A program made the translations under genes and the position numbers. 64,000 nucleotides of DNA from Marsupella aquatica (taxonomy: Eukaryota; Plantae; Marchantiophyta): contig OZ316892.1 in the NCBI GenBank assembly GCA_973895155.1, positions 12,402,238 through 12,466,237 on the forward strand, read 5' to 3'. Below, piece after piece: positions 52,624 to 64,000 of this stretch. Position 1 is the first letter of the stretch. Every line of letters starts with the position of its first letter. Below the pieces are notes generated by a model. It had not been told where the DNA came from and did no database searches. It saw only the letters and a list, made by a program, of their open reading frames with translations.

Positions 52624-53241
52624 ATGGGACCGGAGGCAGGCAAGAAAGAAAGGGTGATTGCACTCTTCGATGTCGATGACACTCTCACACCGGCCAGGAA
52701 GGTACGACTTTGCTGTAGAATCTATCACATGTGCAGTATTTTCTAGTACAGAAGCTAAGTCGCCAGGGTGGAATGCCAAGCCCGCTTATTCTAACACAAA
52801 ACTCTTGTGCCTGGAGACACTTGCTTGCCATCAAATATTACCCAAAATGTGTGTGAACTGACGATATTCCTTTCATCTTATCAGGAGGCGTCTGTAGAAA
52901 TGCTCGGATTTTTACAAGAGCTTCGAAAGGTACATTCTTGACCAATTGAAAGTTCTATGCAAGCCTAGATGTTGCCACAAAGTGATAACGAGAGCACCAT
53001 AATTGTCATTTTCGGGAATTACCTCCTTGGAAATGTTCTTGCACGACAGGCAGCGCGTCTTCGGTTGAAAACGTTGATCATCATTTATGATCGCCCAATG
53101 GTTGCGTTAAATGTGAAGAGTGGCTGGTGGAGCTTTTTCACTAATAGTCTTTTGATGTATCCAATTTCCTGTAGGTGGTTGCTGTTGGGATTGTGGGGGG
53201 ATCAGACCTCGTCCAAATTTCTGAGCAACTCGGAAAAAACA
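52624..53241 (+). pseudogene. PMM: Truncated phosphomannomutase: only the first three exons (~63 aa)
   Basis: MGPEAGKKERVIALFDVDDTLTPARK | EASVEMLGFLQELRK | VVAVGIVGGSDLVQISEQLGKT. Exons 52624-52701, 52885-52929, 53175-~53241. No further PMM exons seen; DVDGT is changed to DVDDT. Confidence 0.8.
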
Positions 53242-53674
53242 GTGTCTTCACTTTGTCCTCTCATGTCAGGGCTTAATTCCTCTAATGCATCCTCCCTGCC
53301 CTAATCCTATTTGGGTGAGCCACCAGGTGGATGTATGGCAAGAAACCTCCAGGACTCTCTGAACCTCTATAGCATGACTTCTATCATTGTGGTTCGAAAT
53401 GGCCTGAATGGCGGACAGCTTCCCTTATATTAATTCAATATTATTTCGTACTTCTGGCAACTCGGGAAAGCGGAAACGAGTGACAAGACACGAGTGACAA
53501 GACACTATCTTTCTTAGCTGGTGAAATCACAATCGGCTAGGACATCCTTCAAAGTGAGCTTGCTCTTTGCAAACACCTTTACAAAGTCGAAAGACATTCG
53601 GTATCATTTTTCTCAGGGCATTCTGCAGATTTCACTCTTCCTCACGGCTCCGTCCAGGCTGCATACAGAAAACA

Positions 53675-55318
53675 ATGAACGGCTCTAGGGAAACGCAGAC
53701 TCGTTGGAAGGGGAAAAATGCTCGCGAAATTGCCCAAGGAGATCCAATTGCTGTCATGTACGAGACCATGAAGGACTGGGAAGCTCCAACTGGTCTGTTT
53801 GCTGATTCTGCTGTTTTGCTGCTCGTGGATGGACCACAAGCACAATTATTGAGCCGGGCATGTTTTGGGCGATCCTGTCCTCCTGCAGTTCAGCCTATTT
53901 CTTCTGTTTCGTCTGCTTCGACCTGTACGTTTGTGGCTCAGGTTCATGACTTCGTAGATATGACTGAACGTTGGACATCAAGTTCAACTTCATGTGTAGT
54001 GTTTACAAACGCTATTTCTAATGTTTCTTTTCTTTAGCTCACATCAACTCTGGCCGTTGAGCAACCATAACTTTCTTACTGTGCATAGTTTCACATTAAG
54101 GGGAAACACACGAATTAAAAATTTGTCGTGTTGCAACTGAAGATCCTCCACCTGTTCCAGAAGAGGGCATGCAGTTGCTCCAGTTGGGTCTAGAAGAGGC
54201 GTTTTTCCTCAACTACGAGCTCAAGTGCATTGACATCTACGGCCAAACTCCTGAGGCTAGTATTAAACAATGAAACGCAATTGGCCGTCAGTAGCTTTGC
54301 TCCAAGTTTGAGCACTAGCAAGAGAGGAATTACTTTACTAACTTCATATGGTGGTTCAAGTTCATGATGGATTTGGCGTAAGATTTCCAGGTCAGTAGAT
54401 CTCTATGCCCCTGAGGCAGTGGGAATGGGTGATACGACCTTATGTGCAGGGCAGGATAAAGTTACATCACAAGGACTCATGGAAATTGATGGAAAGGAGT
54501 AAGAAGCAGTTCGCACATTATTACAAGGCATATTCTCATTTACGCTCCAAAAGATGGGTGGTTCTTTCTGGGATTCAATATGGTGCAGACTTTATGGCAT
54601 ATCGCCATCATCCTGCTCTAGTACACTCAGAGTACGTCTCATGAGCCCTTCCTCAATTCGCTGTACCTCTGTGAACCAGATTTATAAGACTTTTGCAGCC
54701 GAATCTGAGGGAATTATGGACAGTTCAGGATCAACTTGTACAATATAGGCCAGAATAGCATGGATTTGACAAGACAACTCGGAATTCTGTTGACAGCTAT
54801 GCAGTGCTAGTCATGGTTGGAGAGCGCAAACAAGAAAGACTAAGCACGTGGACCGACTTACATTCAATGCAGCGATTGTGTGGTAGTGTTGCCAAGGTAA
54901 TCTACTCCCTTTTGTCCCTCGTCTTTAAAGAGGTTCTTGGCGTAGGAGTCGTCGAGTGTGGAGCCGACCAGATCTCTTCATAGCTGTTCTCATTTGGCAT
55001 TTTATATCGAAAATGGTTCTCCTAGAGGAGAAATGTTTCTTTTCTGGAAGCATCTCCGGCTGAGCGTTTTTGAGCTAGGGATCTCTGTATGTTGGCAAGC
55101 TTGGAGTGCAGCAGTGTTCATGACTGATTCAAGTCTCTTGACAAGCCATGATGTTGTTGCAGACCCTACTCCTCTTACATGTCATATCCGAGGTGGACAA
55201 TGCTGAGGTTAAGTTTCCCTTCTGTTTGGATATTTACCATGTGGAAGCTGTGGAAGTAGAGCGGTGGATTCCTAAGAAGCATCGTGAAGATGTTGGGTTG
55301 GAGGAAAAGATGATTTAG
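53675..55318 (+). CDS. SEN2: tRNA-splicing endonuclease catalytic subunit (Sen2-like), 5 exons
   Basis: RWKGK..LLSRACFGR, QLGLEEAFFL, YKAYSHLRSKRWVVLSGIQYGADFMAYRHHPALVHSDYAVLV, RLCGSVAKTLLLL, VERWIP (Y-H-K triad present). Exons 53675-53924, 54143-54255, 54450-54631, 54797-54896, 55163-55318. Confidence 0.9.
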
Positions 55319-55794
55319 TGAGGCCGCTCCAAGGGCTTAGATCTTAACAATCTCCGGTAAGCAAAGATTTGGCTCGTGTTGGTATCATTTGCATGGTTGT
55401 GTGCACCAGTTTACTAATACCCTGCACATCATGTTTGTGGGAGAAGCTATGGTTTGTTGTTTGCAGTTCATATTGTAATCATGAGCATTAGGCCTTGTCT
55501 GGTTGTTGCATGTAGATAGAATGTGATTGCCATTGTCCTGTGCGAAAGATTTGAGCGCCCTTCTAGAAATCAGGAGAACTGGCTCTCTTTTGGAAGCCTC
55601 TTTCAACAGTTGAGCTGCATCTGACCATGAAAAGAAAAATTAAAGAATTGAATGGGATCGATAGAAAATATCTGTTATCCTGAGCTTTGGAGGAAGTCAA
55701 AGGTGAACGATTAGAACCTAGGCAAGAACCTAGGTGAAAAACGTGCGGCAGTCCTTGTTGCTAGCCCGCACAGTCATTCCCAAAATTAACTCCT

Positions 55795-56092
55795 ATAATA
55801 ACTCCTGTATTATCTCCATTAATTAGACTCTCCCAATATTGTTAAATCTCCAAAATGTATTAAAACAAAGGTATTCTTTGCCACACATGATGCTCCACTA
55901 GAAAATGAAGTGAAGGCCCCCAGTGTTCCTATTGTTTCATGGATAATAACTCCTATATTATATCCATTAATAAGACTCTCCCAATCTTATTACATCTCCA
56001 AAATGTATTAAAACAAGGTATTCTTTGCCACACATGATGCTCCACTAGAAGAAAAGTGAAGGCCCCAAGTGTTCCTATTGTTTTATGGATAA
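55795..56092. repeat. ~147-bp tandem duplication
   Basis: ATAATAACTCCT..ATTAGACTCTCCCAAT..GTGAAGGCCCC..GTTCCTATTGTTT occurs twice. Confidence 0.88.
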
Positions 56093-57858
56093 TTCCACTC
56101 AATGGAAGAAGGATATTGATACAGGCATGGCTGCCTTGTGGAATGTATTGTACGGCTGTTGAATGTCAGATAAGAAGTTAGGAGTAGAGGAGTGTATTTA
56201 TTGAAGGAATAGGTGGGATGCACATGAGGCAGTAAAGAAGAGAAAACATGCTACTGCAAACTGTAATGGGGAGAAAGTCAATTTAGATTCATCAAGTACA
56301 TCCCACCGGCAAGCAATCCATGGTGGGCACCTACATTGAAACTAACAACATTCTTGTGTATGATGCAGCAAGAGAGAAGCTGCATGAATTCATGGATATG
56401 AAGTCTAAGTGCCTACCATCCACATGTGGCCCTGCAAGAACATGCAAGGAAGAGGGCAAGCCATTAGGAAGAGGCAGATAGAGAAGCAGCTATGTAGTTG
56501 CTTACTTTCACATATCACACCATTGATGTCCAAGACAGTCTTGTAGGATATTGTTGGGATAGTAGACTGAATCCTTGTTTTGTGCATTTAGGCCATCACC
56601 AGCAGGATTTAGAAAATATACAGAGATGGTTAAACAAGTCGACAATATGAAAAGAATAGCTGTGAAAACAGGAAAATTAAGCCCCCAAGCTATCTAACTT
56701 CGTCCAAAATACTCTAGGGGATTTTGCAACCCAACTAGAATCTAACAAATGTATAAAGCTGCTCCTATAGTGTAGTATTGTTTATAATATTTCTGGCGTA
56801 CTTTTCCTGACTTTGATATACTCAGCCTGTGCTATCATATCGTTATATTCATAGAAACATCCACAGATGACGAGAATAACACACTTGCGCTTCAAAGTTA
56901 GATCACGTTGCCAAAGACCAGATTATGAAATTAACTCACCTAAGCCTTAAAATTATATCAGCACAGGATCCCATAGGCAGGAAGCGAGTTACCATGTATA
57001 TATAGTTTGTTTACCGGATTTCTAATGAGAACGATGCTGCAGTTTTCACAGGACCAAGAGTCTATTTTCGTTTCATATTCTTTTACTTATAAGGCGATAT
57101 GCTTTGCAACGAAAATGCATACTCCCATTGTGTTCCAATACCATTCAATAGGACCTGCTTCAGATATTGTTTTGCTTGCAGTCAAACAATATCACCGACG
57201 GACAACGGACAATCGCAATAGGACCATGCAATTTTCTGGTTTTGACTTTAGATTCCACTGGAAACACATCTGCAATGCTTAGGTTCGTCATAATCTCAAA
57301 ACTGTGGCCTTAGTGGCAGTCAAATACTTCTGGAAGCCATCACAGGGCGTCAGGGAAGTGACAAGGTTGCTCCTAAAACTCAAATCGCACCTTTGTTATT
57401 CACTTCTAATACAGCATTGTGTACGCAAGGACGCCTTAAGTCAAGAATTAGCAACTTATTTAGAAAAGGCAACTCTAATTTCTTCACAATTATGGACTTT
57501 CTGTTTGTGGCTGGTCTGGGTTGGCATCAAGTGAAGCGGAAACAAATCAGACCAATGGAAGACAATTGTCTGCCAGTGACTACAATTCTGCAGCAAAATA
57601 ATGATGCTCGCAACTCAATCCACCAGGAAACTCGCCGGAAAATAAACGACTTGCCTGATGAGCATTGTGTTCTACCGAGCAGTCCAATTCTGAAGGATGC
57701 ATACATTCGGGGGCCCTCCTCCCTCTATATCTTCCAACCGTATTAATATTACAACACTTGGCGAACAAAACAAGAAGGAACCAGCCAAGCAAATAACTCC
57801 CTGCAATCCAGTGCGATAACTGCTGACACTGGAGATTCCAGAATCGTCACAGCAAGAC

Positions 57859-60800
57859 TCAGGCAGCAGCCCTCTGCTGAGTAGATCGATAACATACTCG
57901 TTGAGCAGCTCTGACAATATCCTCTATCTGCAATACAGTTACTCATAGAAGTCAGAATAGGGCAAAAGCACTGTCTTGGATATATGTTCCAGATACAAAG
58001 TTTAGTGGTAGGGAGAAATGCAGGGATATCCTCCACTCAAAATATTGAACGCATAACAGTCCTTTCCTTTAGACTTTCGCCAGTCCTCCAGATATCCCTG
58101 CAATTAGTTAACATTCTTCAAACCTGGCAAGGGGAACATAGTTAGCACATCCCAATATGAAGGTATGAGTGGATATCTGTGTAGGTACTGATTGAAGACA
58201 ATCACCTGGGGTACTGCCAAGCGTTCGAGATTGGCTGCATAGGGCATTGGCACATCAGCTCCAGCAATTCGCTCTATTGGGGCATCCAAGTATTCAAAGC
58301 TTTCCTCCACCACACTTGCACTGCAAAACATAATCCAAAGGTGGAATGAAAATCTTCCCTTAAAATAATTGAATGGCCAAATACATGGACACTTCCCAGA
58401 TTAACAACTGCATATCCACATGATCGTGGTAGGAGGTGGCGTTTAGTGACCATATTAGATTCAGTGACAGCTACTCAAAACGGACCTTCACAACTGACCC
58501 ACTATTCATGTAACCATCGTAAGGAAGTACGAGGATCAGTCTAGGATGTGAAATCATAGCAGCACATCAGTTCAGCTTCAGGTGTTGGAGAAATATATTG
58601 AAGATCTTTCAGAAAGTTGAGGCTTGCAAAGATAGCTCTACCGCAAGCATGCCTCCTCTTCAACTTCTGCCTGACTCTGCAAGATAAGAGTTTCCATACT
58701 CAAATGGAGATGAAAACACCAACCTTGACGAGTGGCAATTGTTTCAATGTGGGAGAGGTTGCGAGAGCTACCCTGCCATAGCTTTGGCAGATGCTCGGGG
58801 TCCTCTTACAAATGTATTTCTCTTTCTCCAGCACCGTACTAGCCGAGCTCTGACAATGGTGCTCAAACCTTTTACATTAACCATCATTTCCAACTTCCTT
58901 TTGCTACTTTAAACCATCCACGATGCCACCTTTGTCTTACACAACTATCTATATTCTTGTCGAAAAACATATCCTCATATGAAGTGAATAAGTCACAAAG
59001 CCTTAGGTATTACAAACAAGCTCACAAACTGACTAATTGGATATTCGCTCCCAATAGCGACGGGTCATTAAGCTCCACCGAATTTTACAGTTCTAAACAT
59101 CCTCAGACAAAGTTCCAACACATATCATGTACATTGTAGATATTACATACGAAGGTTCACAAGGTGTAAGAAATAGTGCTTCTAAGAAAAAGCATGATGT
59201 TCACCAGTCAGTGTTTCAATTCTAGAATCTTCTACAACATTTAGTGAAATATCTCCTCAATCAGATTAGCATGATTCTCAAAGCCACAACACTATCACCA
59301 AAGCAGCTGCAGGAAAAAAAGAGGTAGTGAAGAGGACCCTGCTTCCAGCTCACCAAATTTCAGCTCCGATGCCATGTTGAGGCCAGCCTTCCTCTACAGT
59401 CAATAGTCGAGATGTCTTCCTAACAGAGGCATTGATTGTTGCTCTGTCAAGAGGTCGAATAGACCGCAAGTTGATAACCTGTCGGACAAAAACAAGAACA
59501 TTTTGAAGTTATCACCAAAACGAAAACCGACTGGAGCAACATGCAATTCAGCACGAGAGATAACAGTAAAAAAAGCCTGCCAGATATAATAAAGTACAGT
59601 CATCTAGAATTCACGATAATTTACCTCTGCATTGATTCCACTCTTGGCTAGCTCTTCTGCAGCCTGTCCAACACAAATTACCCTGCTAGTCAGTTCCTAC
59701 TTACTCAGCATTACAGATGCAAGGCTCTGACATCTTCTTACTCTGAGAGTTACCCTGGGTGCACACCAAGCCCCAACAGTCTACACACACTGATAATCAG
59801 TTTTAATGAGATGAAACACACTGATTATATCCCCTAAACATGCAAAGAGAGAAATGTAAGTTCTATTACTTAATGCCAATCATAGTTGGGAACTATTCGT
59901 ACCTTTAGGACAAAACCAACCATCTTTGAGTAAGCAGTGATTGTGATGTCAGTCCCCTGTCGTGCCACCTGCCAAAAGGTAAACAGAAGATTAAATCAGA
60001 GCGCGAAGTGTGGGTAATGTGTTCACCTATGATTTTGAGAAAAAAATGCACTCTCGTAGTGACACCATCCATTCGACATCAAATCCTGATACAAAGTTCC
60101 TCGATCTTTCTCAACAACCACATAATGAGCTCGGAATCGGCATTGTTAGAAGAGAAATGAAGCATCTCATCTAGCAGGAGTTCTAGAGCCTATCAAAAGA
60201 AAATCACCCATCTATACCTCCGGGTCCCCAACTCTCCGCCGATGCAATAAACAAATATTTATTATTAACACATAACGGGAGTGAATACAGCTCAATCCTG
60301 CTCACCTTTGCCTTGCCGATTGGGAGGGTGAAACTAGGATCCAGGACTTCGTCAGACAAGCTGAACGATTCACCATACCTTCAAGACACCAATAAACCCA
60401 AGGTACCGTTAGATTTCTATATGATAGATCTCGAATGAGCTCAGATACACGGAACGTCGAAGACATCACACGAGGAGGGTCCAGATGGTGCAATGCCATC
60501 AGAAACTACTTCCACCATTGCTACCTAAGAAAAACCAGCTCTATCTTCAAAAATAAAAAGATGAAGACACTGTTACAGACATTATTTCGTTTTCCAGGAA
60601 AACAACAGGATCAGGGTCCCGAATAGCGGCCTTCATTAACCCTCGAGCATCCTCTGCATCATACGGGACCAGGACCTTGAGTCCTGGACATGAACCATAC
60701 CAAGCTGCAAAACACTGCAACAAATACGGACAAGGTCAAACCGATCCTCCTCAAACATTGCAATCTAAACAACCCAGAAAGCGTACCCACAGTTGCAGGG

Positions 60801-63638
60801 AATAAACAGTCCCTCCGGAAACATTAGCTACCTGAGAATGCTGAGCAGCAACACCAGCAGCAGCACCATTAGGACCTCTAAAAACGATGGGAACGGAGAT
60901 TTTCCCTCCAGACATGTAATTTGTCTTTGCTGCAGAATTAATGATATGATCAATGGCCTGTAAAAATACGCTCAACATCAGTTCACACCAAAACATGATC
61001 GCAGCGCAGAAATGCTCCAAACGGATCAGATGTTAAGACAGGGTCATCACTTGGAGAGCAGATGGCACTTGAGACAAACCTGCATTGCGAAGTTGAAAGT
61101 CATAAATTCTACTATTGGCTTCAACCCATAGAATGCAGCTCCTACGCCAAGCCCGGTAAATCCTGCCTGCAACAGTTCCAGGTTAGTTTTGACTGCTTGG
61201 ACATGTTACGTGCAGAACAAGAGAAGTTGAAACATAGCCACTGTCATATGAAAGTCGACCTACGAATAACTTGCTTTTCCAAGATCTTCTCTAGTCGAAC
61301 ATTTTATTTGGAAACTGCTCTCACGTAACTGGCCCATTCGGTCATACCTCAGTGATTGGAGTATCAAGAACTCTGTCAGGACCAAACTTCTGTAGAAGTC
61401 CTTTCGTAATCTGAAAAGGACATACACGACAATTAAGGATGATAAAGCGAACAGAGCTCTTTATACAAAATGCTGACAGCAACGCCACTTCTATTGCAAC
61501 AACAGATGCATATAGCTTATGACCTTTCGAAAACGACTTCAGCACTAAAGACGAAGCTTCATTACAAAAGTACCTTATACGCCCCTTGGTACTCTCCAAC
61601 CTATGCAAAAACGGTTGACATTAGCCTCTTAGTACACATAATAAAGTCACAAAACAAAGTCGTTCAAGTAGGAAGGCAATCTAAGTCCCTATGTCAGACC
61701 CAGCTATTTTTCTCAAAAACTAAAGAAACTCTTGATAAACTCTAATTTAGAGAGATCCGTCAGTTGAAAAGGTCCACCCACCCCTACCATAACAAAAATT
61801 TCTTTGTTTTCAATTTGTCAAACTTTGTCAAAGCTTGTATGATGACATCAGAATTCTCTTTTGACCATAATATTCATAAGGATTCTCCTGAAATTCTACT
61901 GGGCTAAAATGAGATTTTCACTAGAATTCTTGTAGCTGGACAGAAAAAGATGATGTAAGTTCTGCACTTAGCTGGGACGGAAGTAATATGAAACTGGACA
62001 TACAGATCAGAAGAGATGACTTGAGATACTGTGTCATACTTGTATTGCAACAAAGATCTTATCCATAGATATAATCTTATACTCTTCGTAGGCCAGCTGT
62101 TTTTGCGTTCGCATGTAACTATAGTCTTTGCAAGTCCCTAACCGGTGGATAAATTGAAAACACAACTATCACGAGGATGCTATCTATGTGTCTAAGAGCT
62201 TTTATTTTTTAGAAACATACTCAGCGCACGGTAATCTTATAACTCTTTGCTGAGACTAACATACTCATTGTAACCATAAGAACACATATCCAATAGTCTT
62301 AAACCAATAAACACCCACATAGAAAAAGACCAGATCAAGAGCATTCTTGTACCTCTTCTCCAATAATGAAGACTTTGCTGTCTGCAGACATTTCTTCCTC
62401 AATGGCAGAATTTAGGGCATCGCGCACATTCATCTGTTCGAAGAACAAAAGCTCGTCAATTCCTCACCAAGTGTGCTTCAGTCAGCAGGTTCAAATCACA
62501 ATTAGCGAACATTGCAGCATTTCGAAAACCAAATCCGCCATCCAATATCTATATTTTTACGGTGATGCCCCCACAAGACAGTAATAAACTGCTACATAAG
62601 ATCAGTCTGGTGAGTCGGTGTAGAACGTTTACACCTTCCAAGCGAAATCAGTATAGAGGGCAGTTTCTAAGGACCTGAAATTTACTAAAAAGTCGATCCT
62701 CAGTAGGTAACTTAGTCGGAAACATCTAAAGATTTGTTTTTCTACTTCGACCACGGTGACCTAGATTGAGGAGTCCCTGACACGCCTCACAACTGGAATA
62801 GCAGAACTCGACCGCTGGACAATCTAATATAATACATGAATTGAATTGTCCGCTTCATGCTCTCTCCGACGACATGCAGGTCAGTGCATGCCCCCACTAA
62901 ACTTGTCAGGTTCCACTAAAATCCCGCCTCTACGAGCCAGTGAGAAAGAATTGCCCACATGTTCAATTACCTAGAGACCTCGCGAAATAGAAAACTGATC
63001 GTAGTCCTTCCAGACAAACACTGAAGGATGAGTGTCCTATCCCGTGGGAATCTACTCGATGCGGGTTCGTACCTCTCCTGACCTAGGAGAAGTAGCTTTG
63101 GGCTTGGATTTGGAATTGGGCTCTGAAGGAGCGTGGCTTCGCTCTTCTGAGCAAGAAGGATCAGATGCTTTGGACTTGGGCTTTCCGAAGTCCAGTTTAA
63201 AACAGGTAGATACAATCTGCGGCTGCAAATCAAGATGAGTGAGGAACAGCAAGCAATAAATTTCTGTTTACCTCTTAGACTTCCTTTTCGGATATTAATT
63301 ACAAACCTTCGGCCACTATTTCGCTGATAGTCTAAATGTTTGACAACTAACCAACCCACCACCGCATCCGACGGTTAAGTCATCACGAATTCTTATGGAT
63401 CGGTACTTAAACGGAAATCGTAAGATCAGAGGTTCAATTCTTAGCCTGAACACTTCTTAGCCGCTCGAATCACATCGTTTTCCCTATCCTGGGAAATAAT
63501 TAGCAATGCTCTAATTCACTGAGGCCTCGTTCGTGTGTTAAGGCCTGAATCCCCGTCTCCACCCACCTCGGAAGCATATCTTCTGCTACCAGTCGACCAC
63601 GATGCAGCAGCGGATTGCTCCAGCCCATTGCCGGATTT
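57859..63638 (-). CDS. PDHB: Mitochondrial pyruvate dehydrogenase E1 beta subunit; start-codon exon not identified, probably beyond the window
   Basis: Presequence ..GSRRYASE (63567-63638) spliced to [15 protein letters not shown] (62353-62433); [102 protein letters not shown]; last exon [15 protein letters not shown] (57859-57927). Confidence 0.95.
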
Positions 63639-64000
63639 CTGCACGGAAACCGACTCAGATGTCACGTCACAACTCGTTCTCTCTGGGGCAAAGTACAATC
63701 ATGCAACTCAATAGCCAGCCACCCACAGCCATGCGAAGTACAAAACAACCAAAATAGATCTATCGTTGCACTTCCGAACCCAACCAAGCGGGCAAACCAA
63801 TCAAACACTAAAATCTAAACCAGCCTTGAAACATCCTAATCAAAGATTTGCGCCCCGCCCCCCGAGTATCCATCGCCTTGCAAGCAGGAACAACAACAGC
63901 CCCACTCCGTAACCCTTCACCACCGCCCGTATCTGCTACACCAAACTCAGTGAATGAAACCATCCCAACCAGTTTTAAAAACCCTCTTCCCTCTTTCTTC

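Noticed and set aside
56380-56587. VLDINGVI motif suggesting an FCP1/HAD-like relic
   Set aside because: Single short motif with no convincing continuation.
58019-58102. 12-bp inverted repeat and possible alternative last exon in the final PDHB intron
   Set aside because: The canonical last exon is present at 57859-57927; the stem is short and there is no supporting evidence.

Overview
Eukaryotic nuclear DNA from a non-seed land plant (probably a bryophyte; inferred from gene set, intron density and TE types). Host genes: UBP1-like RRM protein, PUX/p47-like UBX protein, TIC40, tRNA-splicing endonuclease SEN2, mitochondrial PDH E1-beta (5' end probably outside the window) and a 5'-only PMM fragment. 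The main feature is a 9.86-kb Ty3/Gypsy-type retroelement (6748-16609, minus strand) with a 4-bp TSD. Its once-single polyprotein reads Gag(2xCCHC)-protease-DNMT3-like cytosine methyltransferase-RT-RNaseH-DDE integrase-PHD finger. It lacks ordinary LTRs and instead has split repeats B-[internal]-A-GC-B-A, an internal palindromic TG..CA att-like junction, a G-tract abutting A and a Tf1-like self-priming site abutting B. Together these suggest integration of a circular 2-LTR intermediate opened inside an LTR. Also present: a decayed fungal-type PD-(D/E)xK nuclease gene interrupted by a MITE, two copies of that MITE, and tandem arrays upstream of two genes. All coordinates and alignments were read by eye; no database searches were run.
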